In this document: positions 53,644 to 64,000 of the stretch, piece after piece
How positions within the stretch are numbered: the stretch's first letter is position 1
Layout: each line of letters starts with the position of its first letter
Origin: Octopus bimaculoides
Taxonomy: Eukaryota
Assembly: GCF_001194135.2 (NCBI RefSeq)
Contig: NC_068982.1
Coordinates: 90,032,476-90,096,475 of the forward strand
Length of the DNA: 64,000 nt
Direction of reading: 5' to 3'
Translations under genes and position numbers: made by a program
Notes under the pieces: model-generated
What the model saw: only the letters and a program-made list of their open reading frames with translations
Told to the model about the DNA's origin: nothing
Databases searched by the model: none

Positions 53644-54569
53644 TAGTAAAGGGACATGATCAGTAGAAAAACAAAAAAAGGAAAGGAAATTTAAATAGAG
53701 ACTAAACGCTTTGAACTAATGAAATATAAACCAATATGTGTAACGAAAGCCATTGCGATTCTAATGAAATAGCTAAATAAAAATATGCAGTATTTTGGCT
53801 TTAATCAGTTCATCATAAAATGAAATATTTTAAATTTAAATGCTGAATTTTTGCATTTATTTTAAACATTAGATTGTATATTGTTAATTTCACGTTTAGA
53901 ACTTATTAAAGTAAAAATTTGCAATAGATTTATGTATTTGTAATTATTTTTTTCAATATTGCGGTGTCTTTCATAATTATCTTCGCTTATATTTTACAGC
54001 AACGCTTCAAGTTGATGTTAAGATATTACTGAAATTTGATTTGGTTTCTCGTGTGCTCATTTAGATTGAAAAGAGATAGGAATTTGATATATTAATGAAT
54101 TTTGTAATGGAGTTAGGGAAAAGAGTATATTTAAATGCTTTTAACTTGGAATCAAACCTGTGGTCATAATTTGGATTGACCAGGACCGAATTTATTCCCT
54201 AACCAATCTCATCACTAATATTGATTTCAAATGTTCACACAAGACTAGCAAATTTGGGGAAGGGATAAGTTGATTACATTTGGTATTTATTTAATCGACC
54301 CCGAAATGATGGAAGCGGAATTTGAATTTAAAACCTAAGTATTTTGCCCGGCCTTATTCTCTTCATTAATTTTGATTTCGCACATAGTGGAAAGACTTCA
54401 GATTTGTTGGTGGAAAGAAAGGAAGAGAAGGAAACAGTCGATTACATCAACTGCGGTAGTTAACAATTACTTTGTCTTATCGAACTCGGAAAGCGAAGTT
54501 GACCTCGGCAGCATCAAAATTCAGAACGTAAAAGAGCTAGAAGAAATAGTCACCATCATCATCATCATT

Positions 54570-54628
<59 letters not shown>

Positions 54629-54699
54629 TCATCGTCATCATTCATCATCATCATCCTCATCATCATCATCAATATCGAGCTCTGGACATTACCGTCTCG

Positions 54700-54933
54700 A
54701 GTTCCGGAACCCATACGACTGGTTACTTTGTTTCCATAGCGCATAAGTGACCGAGGTCACAACGTCCCCCTGAACGGGAAGCCAGTCCGCCGTAAGGTTA
54801 TTCATTTATAACTGAGTGGACTGGAACAACGTGAAATAAAGTAAGTTGCTCAAGAGCACAACGCATCACCCGTTCAGGGAATCCAAGCCACGATCGTAAG
54901 ATCATGAGTACAAAACTCTTACGACAAGCGCAC
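54700..54933 (-). mobile_element. tRNA-derived SINE, family C
   Basis: Reverse complement is colinear with 2176-2415. Confidence 0.75.
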
Positions 54934-55794
54934 ATTCCTTCACATGCCCTGCAAAATATTTTATCCAACTATCTAACTATTATGCTAACCCACCTGTTAC
55001 TGAGTGCCAGGTAGCAGTATCAATAGAGCACTGGTCAATATTAATTCAGGTATTTTGTCACGTCTCATTCATTTTGATTGTCAATCCTATCGAGGCCTAC
55101 TTTACCTATCCGTCTTCCAGCGCCGATAAAATGAATATCAGTCGAGTACAGGAGTCAATCTGATCGATTGTTCCCTGTAACAAAAATATGTGAATGGCTA
55201 TTGCCAGATCCTACAAATCGATTATTGATTTATCTTTACCAAACACATATTTGATAACAGAATATGTACAAAAGAAAAGTAAATGCTGTAACATTTTCTG
55301 GAATCACATACTTCCGACATTCTCGCACGAAGGAGTTCTACGTGGCCGTTCGACCTGCTAGAAATGATAAATTAATCTTCCTCTTAAAAGTCTTCATGTA
55401 GTCCAAAATACACCACGCCTGAAAAAGATACGCTGGTTGTGGCTAGAACGTTTTTGATCATAGGTCTTGTCGATCGCAGATCATCTGGAGCTGAACAACA
55501 ATACTCCATATTGTTTTTTTCCCCCCTTCTGACCAATATATTCATGAATTTACTAAAGGAGTTGTTACAACGAGAGAAATTAAATGACTTTATTACAAAA
55601 CTGAAACTCCCTCACACGACTCTTCAGAATTTTTCCCTTCCACCACTCAGCTCTGAAGACTAAAGGTCCATTTGTTTCAATCTTATGAAATGAACGTATA
55701 TCACTTTCTGTTATTTTGACTTTTGTCTATAAATGCTAGGCATAGCAAAACACGATTGTTAAAATCATCTCAACATAGTCAAATACTTTTTAAT

Positions 55795-55955
55795 AGGTGC
55801 ATGTAGGACTGTGTAGCTAAGACTACTGCTTTGTAACTATGTTCTTTCCGTTCCACTTCCTTATATGTTACACTGGACAAGTCATTTCTGCCTAGCCTCT
55901 TGTCGGTCGAAGGCTTGCGAGTAAAATTTAGTAAATGAAAACCGCAAGGAAACTC
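55795..55955 (+). mobile_element. SINE family B, 5' half
   Basis: AGGTGCATG...GAAGGCTTGCGAGTAAAATTTAGTAAATGAAAAC resembles 14532-14700. Confidence 0.55.
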
Positions 55956-57289
55956 GTTGAAGGATCTGTTCTTTTAACTTCAGCAGTTTAGCAGCGCCAT
56001 CAGACCTTATGATTCCACGCTCTTGCAAGCATTAGCTAGAGATCTCAAATCTCAGAATAGCTTTCTCCTTTTTCTTTTTTTCACTAGTCTCGGGTATTCT
56101 GAAATATATGTCCTCCTTACACTGAATAAGCCATGAAAATATTAACTACAAATATCCTAAATACTAATTTCTCCGTCACTTATGAAATAAACCTGCATCA
56201 GCAGTTATTATACTGAATACCATCTAATAACTGCTGTATTTATACTAATGCGAGTCGTTAAACCATTTACACATAATCAAGAGTTTTCTAATATCTTCCC
56301 TCAAACTATATGACAAATAATCTCAATATCTCGCTCGGGAACGATTAAATTTCATTGCTCTAAAAGAGTTCAATGTCTTTTTGTAGGTGTGTTATTCATA
56401 GTGTTTAGATTAATTTGCACAAGTAAAATCGATTGAGAAGTTATTCATTATATACAATGCAATGCAAACATCGAATATTATCTCAGATAACTTCGGGAAT
56501 ATTGGCACATGATTTGCTGGTCGGGGTAAGATACTTAAGTATTTGTGAATGATGATGAATAAAGAGTTTTCACGTTGCCGTTGTTTAGAACAGCGCTCAT
56601 TCAGTTGAACTATGTTCAAAAACGTTTCTCATAGGTGTGCATCCGGTGGGTTTTTTTTATGGGATACACTTATCCAGGAATCAACAATCCTGGATAGATA
56701 TGTCTCCTACCTTGTGAATAGTATTTGATTTCAGGAAAATGTGAGGTCGTGAATTCTAGTAGGTCTAGACACTGCGTAGAGATTAGATGATTCGACGCAC
56801 ATCAAATAGAGAATCGAAATACCAGTTAGATAAAACTGTGGGTATATCATACAGATCTTACGAGCAAGCACTCTCTTCTACGTATCACAGATCACCTTAA
56901 CGTCAGAAAGACATAGTCAAATTTTCGTAATTTATCGGTACGATATATGTCAGGGTTTCTGACATTAGTAGAGAATATTCGTTCCTATCGTTTAATTCTA
57001 GTTAAACAGGGTAAGTCTAATCTTTCATATCATGGAAAGTGTAAACATATATTTTGAGGAGCATGATCGAAGACAAAATCCTGGACGGATAACTTGGTGA
57101 TGTAACCAGTAAACGTGGGTATTACTTCACAGCATTTAATGTCTGTGATTCATTCACTCCAGGTCTTTACATTGGCAGGCAGCTGCTGAGTTTGCAAACA
57201 GCAGTGATTCCATATATTATACATGTGCTCTCTAGAGCTACTGGCGGTTTTGTTACCTCGATGACTTAATTGGCATTGAAATCCCCTGT

Positions 57290-57810
57290 GCGGAAGGCAT
57301 AATACCCAGAGTAAGAATACATGAGAACAAGTTCAGGATGCTATTACTTCTGCTGGCAATAGAGCCCTTCCGTCTCCGAGTGAAGAATAGTTTGTAAGAT
57401 ATTTGTGAACGAAATGCAATATTGTACGACAGTAAGATATGGGTCTTAAATGCGTAGGGTTTGTGAAGATTAGAGTCAAATGAAGCAAGCGCGTTATACT
57501 TGCTATGAGATATTAGCTTGCATGAATAATAGAATGTACGTGTGCTGAGAGAAAGGTAAAAAATGGGTATAAGATGAATCATAAACAGTGAACAAGAGAG
57601 AAGATTGTACAAGTATATGCATGTGATGCGTATGGAAAATGATCGCTTTGTACTGAAGTACTATAATCACTGGAAGGAAAAGAAAGCTCTGGAGGAAAGG
57701 GAGAAAGGAAGACTTGAGATGAAATGATATAAACCTATGTAATCTTATGTTGCATCTCACGCTCACGAACGAGGTGATAAAGAAACGTGTCGATTGGCGA
57801 CACTTTCTAT
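57290..57810 (+). mobile_element. RTE-clade LINE 3' ORF remnant
   Basis: NKFRMLLLL...LRVK...AILYDSKIW...LESNEAS...QERRLYKYMHVMRMENDR...KGR...DWR matches the RTE C-terminal consensus (LYGSETW, RRL.W.GHV.RM, RGRP). Confidence 0.8.
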
Positions 57811-58229
57811 TTCCCCCATTTCTCTTACTATTCATCAGTCCCTCATCTCCTCTACTCTTCTTTCACTCCAATCGCTCTGATTTCATCGTTCTATTCTTAC
57901 TCACACCAACCATTCTGGTTCTTCTGTCACCGCTGTCTTCTCTAATAAACTCTTCAATAATGTAACCCTGAGGAATCACACACCTCAACGAGAGGCGACG
58001 AAAATGTAATCCTACAGCGTTGGTGCTACTATAAAATTCACAAGTAGTAAAATGATTGGTGATCGAGCGGAGATGTGAGATAGCGATTGTTATTTTTTCA
58101 TACCAACGATATGATAACCTCTCTAGTTCACCCAGTATAGCCTGCAAAGCGGTTCGTATTATGAAGGACATCTAGACACTGAAGAAACTACGCTGAAAAT
58201 GAAACGTAGCAGACATATTTATATGCGTA

Positions 58230-58288
<59 letters not shown>

Positions 58289-59755
58289 GGGATGGTTATG
58301 GCCGGAACACCTTTGATCATCGTACTAAGCTGAGTCTAAGTAAAACAACAAATCAAAGAGAGAGATTAATCGTCTCAACCCATATCTTACTGTCGTACAA
58401 AGAGTTACTAAATGCAATAACAAAACGAGGTAATGGAATCAGAGCAGGTATCAAACAGTTACTAGAATTAAAAAAATATCCTACGTACTTCTTTCACAAA
58501 ATATCAGAAGCTTTTACAACTAAAATACATTGCATAACGTAATCCTATATACATTATACCAGGAAAAGAAAATAGCGGCATGGTCACGTCCTGTATGGCT
58601 TTGATCATGGGTTTGCTTGATCAGGAAAAAATCTGGTTTTAAATAAACAACAACTAAGTTTGATATAGGCAAAATAACTTACGCTGAATCAAAGAATATA
58701 AGCACACATTACTGAGTAATTATTCAAAGATCAAATACTTGGATCGCAGCTTTATAGGTTGTTTACAAAATTAATTACCTGGAAAGGTAAATTAATCGTT
58801 TTACGATGAAATGTAATTCATAGAAAATATTTGTTTCCCGCTTTGATTAATTTTTGCAAGAACAAAATCACAAAATCAATATTTTAAAATGGAATTCATT
58901 AAATGATCTGAAAATATAAAGATGGAACTCGTATACAGTATATTCGTTATAATCAGGGAAAAACATTGGATAAAATATATAACCGAGGGGCCTTCGCAAC
59001 GTAGCACATTCGAATCCAAATATTCAGTCTTTCGAGATGTAACATCGATTACAATATCGTTATGTCCTAACAGAAATAGCAACCGGAACTTAGTTCTCAT
59101 TTTAAAAAGAAACACTAAAAACGGTGGACATATTACATAATGTATCTCTAAGTGTACTGTATGCGAATAAATGCTGGAATTTTTTTTATCAGAGCTAAAA
59201 AATAATTATACTAATAAATATAACAAGAAAAAGAAAACAACACTGAATATTAGGAAATATATTTAAATATATTGTCATACATTTAAATTTCATTAATAAA
59301 ATATATTTGATTATAACATGATGTTCCTTGTCAAATTATATATTTCATATTTAAATTAAATTCTAAAGTCTTTATTGAATCTGAATTCATTTTTAATTAT
59401 CTTTAGTAAAGATGATGTGGAAATTAATAGAAATGGTAGACCACCTTGTGATATTTAGTTGCAACCCTTTATGTTTTACGTTCAAATCCCACCGGATTTA
59501 ACTTTGCTTTTCATTCACACGGAGGTCAACAACATCAGCTCCAAACACTATCAGGAGTCATTTTAATTCACTTTTGCGCTTCCCTAATATTTATGTCTTT
59601 ATGTATATGCTAGAAACAGGTTAGGTTATTTGAAACAGTTCTGATAAACATAGTAAAATATCGTAGAAAATACTGTGATATTGAAAGTCCTCCAACCGAA
59701 TACCTCACTGTTGTAAATATTTAAAAAAACATTATTAGTTATGAAAAGGAAATAC

Positions 59756-60807
59756 GGATCTTTCCCTTTTGATGGGCAACTCAATTAATTAATTTTCTTT
59801 AACTAAACACTTTGAAACTTCGGACACTGGTAGAATGTGTCATATAGAACATCTTTTACTCTTAGCGTTGTCGAGAAAAGTTTCTATTTTCGAAGTTAAT
59901 TAAAGTTGTCATATTTCGGTAATTTCAGTCAATCAATGACGTGTATTCAGCTGAATAAAATTACTTCTGTTGTTTGTCAACAACAATTCCAGCCGTGTAT
60001 ATTTCGTTTGTCACTGTTATTTTTGACATATTTCATCTCAGTTACGTTTATATGAATAAACGAATGTATCTGAAGCAAATTTACTTCACGACACCACTAT
60101 AATCGTTCGTGCATTTCTACTGCTTTTAGGGTTTTTTTCCTGTTTTTCAGCTACTATNNNNNNNNNNAAAACACAGCTTTTCGGATACGGAGATTCCGGA
60201 AAATTGCCCAAAATCGGAATTTTGAAATGTGTTGCCCCACCCCGACTCTTCCCCCTCCAATTTCTTTATTTTTCACTTTTTTCCGTAGCCCTAAACCTAA
60301 AAGCCCAACCCTAACCCTAACCCTAAAACCCTAACCCTAACCCTAACTCTAAAACCTAACCCTAACCCTAATCCTAACACTAAAACCCTAATACTAAGAC
60401 CCTAATTCTAACCCTAAAACCCTAACCCTAATCTTAAAACCCTAACCTTAACCCTAAAACCTTATCCCTAATCCTAACCCTAAGTAGAAATATTATTGTA
60501 AATTTTTTCAAAGCTAAAACCAGTCCAAACGCACGAACGATGTCATAAATAACAGTGACACACGAAATATACACCGTCGGTAGTTGTTGTTGACAAATAA
60601 CAGCAGTAATTTTATTCAGCTAAATATACGTCATTAATTGGTTGAAATTACCGAAATACGATATCTTTAACACGAAATAACTTCGAAAGTAGAAACTCTA
60701 AGAGTAAAAGATGTTCTACATGACACATTCTCCCAATATACGAAGTTTCAAAGTGTTTAGTTAAAGAAAATTTATTAATCGAGCTACCCATGAAAAGGAA
60801 AAGATCC
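59756..60807. mobile_element. foldback DNA-transposon-derived element (1,052 bp) with long TIRs and an 8-bp TSD
   Basis: GGAAATAC|GGATC...GATCC|GGAAATAC. Arms 59756-~60135 and ~60470-60807, with a perfect 28-bp match at 59795-59822 / 60741-60768. Confidence 0.9.
60289..60483 (-). repeat. telomere-like (TTAGGG)n/(TTTTAGGG) array, interstitial, inside the foldback element
   Basis: CCCTAA units interspersed with CCCTAAAA on the + strand. Confidence 0.95.
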
Positions 60808-62293
60808 GGAAATACAAATGGAGTGTTCCCGTGTCTACCATGGATCCTTCCAGATTGTCAAGACGATGCTGTTGTGGTTTACACGAAATGCATCAGTGTT
60901 CAATGTTACACTGTTCATTGTTCTAAAGTTCACCATCTTGTACATGTGAAAGGCAGACATATTTAGTTAGTTAATTTTAGTCAAACCCGGATATATTTAT
61001 TTGGGTCTAACATCCTCTTTATTGAGACAGTGTTGCAGAATAACTGAAAGTGCGCGGATTACCTCTTCAGATTAGAGTTTTTACCCAGTTTACTGAGGTT
61101 TCTTATCTTATGAGGAAACATAATTGATACAATCCCAACTAGATTACACAGCTGTCCACTTAGTGAAAGATATCAGTCCACATGGTTGTTGATGCGGTTA
61201 TCTAACCCTAGGCCTGCTATGAATGAGCAAAAAGGAGGTCAAATGCATCCAACCATAATCAACTGGACGTTGGATTGGAAGATCGGGAGAAACGTTATGG
61301 CGTCAGATAAAATGTCATGCTGTATTCCACTATACCCCTTTATGTTATGAGTTCAAACCATCAGTGGGTACATAAAATAAAGAACCAGACAAATATGAAA
61401 TTTATTTTTTTCATACGAAGCATTCTTGATAGAATGAAATTACAATAAAAGATCCCCTCGGTTTGAGTATTATTTTACGTGGCCTACATTTTCAAGATGG
61501 GAAAATGTGATTTGAAAGTCATGTTGTTAATATTTCTAGCAGGTCAAGACTAGAGCACTATCAGTGACTCGTCCAACCCACTATTGAATATATAACTATA
61601 AAAGATATCGTGTCGACTTTCTTACTAACAACACTAATAATCTCGAGAAAGGCATGAAGTTGAAACTTCCTATCTTCTCTAGTAATAAATTAAGAGACCT
61701 TTGTGCCTTGAAAATAGACACCAATATGTGAGTACTATATTTATAAATTATGATTACTTCCATGAAATCTATATTATGTATAATGTATATATCTTTGACA
61801 CACAAACAGCAGAATCACGGGGTGTCGTATGATTTATGATGTATTCGGTTGTACAGCAGAGAGACTCATTTTAGCTGGTAATGGAGTAACTTACAATAAA
61901 TTCATAAGTATCATAGCAGTAGTCTTCCTTCGTTGGCATCTGTTTCATGTATTCATACAACGTATGTAGTATTGCATCTGTTCTTTTGTTGATATATGTA
62001 ATAGTTGGCTGTCCTGTCTAATTCATATTGTGCAACTAAATATAACTTGAAGGCAACATTTACAATTAACTGATGACCTATATAACTAGCGGGCGTTTTC
62101 TTTCTTTCATTAGTGGCAAATTTATTAGACACAAACATATCAAGACATATTTGTTAAATCTATTTCTTGTTCTTCTATTGGTAATGATAATTGTGAATCT
62201 TAATCACTCCAAGGCGTTTATGTACATAATCAAACTTCGATATTCATTTCCTTTTCTTAAGTATAAATGTAATTTCTCCGCTAGAACCTTTAC

Positions 62294-62381
62294 CTTACGT
62301 CGACCATTTCTATCAATCTCATATTCTGATTTCCGCCTATTTTTCATATTTGTTTTAACGAGCGCAGTTTGGGATTGAGTA
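62294..62381 (-). CDS. candidate internal exon (88 nt); product unknown
   Basis: Acceptor CTCGTTTACTTCAG, donor AAG|GTAAAG, open frame TQSQTALVKTNMKNRRKSEYEIDRNGRRK. Confidence 0.25.
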
Positions 62382-64000
62382 CTGAAGTAAACGAGTTCAG
62401 GTCTAACTGACACACAGTTAGGCATGAACTCTAAGTCTCTAAGTTAAAATAGCAGTTAAGTTTATTTTATCTGTCCTTACGGATGTTTTATAAAATATAT
62501 TGAGATCATTTTAGTCATATATATATATATATATANNNNNNNNNNNNNNNNNNNNNNNNNNNNNNNNNNNNNNNNNNNNNNNNNNNNNNNNNNNNNNNNN
62601 NNNNNNNNNNNNNNNNTATATTATATATAAGGAATATAAGGATGAGATCCAAGGAAGTAAGTGAACTTCAAGCAATCCGCAGATAATATATAAAAAACAG
62701 CTTTCAGGCTTTCAGTTACAATAGTCGTTTATTGGTACAAAGGTTGTGAATTTGTCCCGTATCGAAACACGATAAACTGAAAAGATTAGTCTATATTTCA
62801 CGGTTGCAAATCAACGTTGCCGGGTTCCACGTATTTTGATTGAATCCTCTCCAAATGGCAATGTAAACTTCATATAATCAAGATATCCTTGGCCCGAAGA
62901 GTAGCCTGCGGTATACACCTCGCTTGGATAATTACTACTCCCGAGTTCCCACTCGCCATGAAACAAATGTACCCCGGCCGGAATTTATCTACTCCACTCA
63001 TTAACTTTTGGTTGTTCTCTCTTTCAGTATCATCAACGCAGAAAACAATACTAATTACAATATTACTGGTCTTCAAGCATATTTATATGTTTTAAGTTTA
63101 AAGAGTCTTCTCCTAGAAGTGGAGGTTTTAAGCGGCTGCAGCTGATCTGCTCACCTGGCTAAAAATATCAAGTTATTCTAGGTCTTATGAACGATGGGGA
63201 TAATAAATTTCTCCTACAAGGTATAGAAATACATGTTAATATACTAATGTTCTCCTTAATCATGGTGACAGCCTACACTTTAAAAAGGTCACCGTTTTTG
63301 TTCAGCTCACAATGCAAAAATACGTGATTAAAAACGAAGTCAGCATTCAGTCAATTCTATTTGTTTTAACTTGCCTTATTCACCTCATTCGTTACAGCAC
63401 ATGTCCTATCGAATTCAGGGAGGAAATCTGTAAAGTTGCAATAGTTATGCTTTCACTAAATGGTACTTGTGACATAAGGTACACCTAACTCGGTTTAAGT
63501 TTACAACAAGTTTCTGTGTCATGTTGCAGTGAATTTACCCTTGATAAACTGGGTATTCTCTTTTGTCACTAATATATTGGCTCGCGATCAACTATCTGTA
63601 ATTCAATCTATAACATCTATCTGTAATTCAAACTATAACATCTCTGAACATCGATAAATCTACATGTTTTCTGAACGTATGTATAAGAGGTATCCATTAA
63701 CACGTAAACGATTCTAATGTTTTATAGATAAACTGTGCAGAAATTCACATATTCCCAAGGCATTCAGCTTATGAAAAGAGCTCGGCATTATTGTGCTACA
63801 AATAAACTGATCAATATTATTGTGTTATATGGATCCAGTAGCATTCTACAGTTAGATGACTTGGACCAATTGGCCATCAGATTCAGTGATTCATAGAAAA
63901 GGTCAACATTAGTTAACTCTTTAGCATTGGAATTACATTGTCAAATGTGATGGTTATTGATTCACATTGTTTTGAATTGATTATTTATCACCTTTTAACT

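Noticed and set aside
58168-58215. CTGAAGA...GAAA hammerhead-like core (also CTGATGA hits at 51937 and 53031)
   Set aside because: There is no proper stem II/III pairing, and the 53031 hit is the mariner TDDEK codons.
58770-58797. Minus-strand CTTTCCAG|GTAATT recursive-splice-like site
   Set aside because: It is explained by a short local inverted repeat (TACCT/AGGTA), has a short pyrimidine tract, and no host gene is established.
60289-60483. A true telomere or chromosome-fusion scar
   Set aside because: The array is single-orientation, degenerate, and enclosed in TIRs with a TSD.
63027-63080. NTNYNITGLQAY resembling an FN3 strand
   Set aside because: It is too short, and the downstream T.Y.F.V pattern and a good donor are missing.

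Overview
AT-rich eukaryotic draft-assembly DNA with several N gaps. It is dominated by microsatellites, tRNA-derived SINEs and decayed transposons. The SINE families, which I recognise from memory and not from a search, point to an octopus genome. No intact protein-coding gene, rRNA, true tRNA or CRISPR array can be supported. Most ORFs in the supplied track come from microsatellites, N gaps or chance. Recognisable fossils are three mariner transposase pseudogenes (two with DD34D, one full length with TIRs and TA TSD), mariner-type MITEs, a Chapaev3-like transposase, R4/Dong-clade, L1/Tx1, RTE and CR1-like LINE fragments, and a Penelope GIY-YIG fragment. The most interesting structures are four. 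(1) A ~4 kb train of same-orientation elements, each bounded by (TAA)n: Dong-type RLE retroelements plus two non-coding ~550-bp elements that may be their non-autonomous partners. (2) A 1,052-bp foldback element with GGATC/GATCC ends, a perfect 8-bp TSD and a structured telomere-like (CCCTAA/CCCTAAAA) core. (3) A ~1.2-kb diverged palindrome. (4) A palindromic MITE next to a 32-bp minisatellite. A few possible host exons are listed at low confidence; I could not assign them a product.
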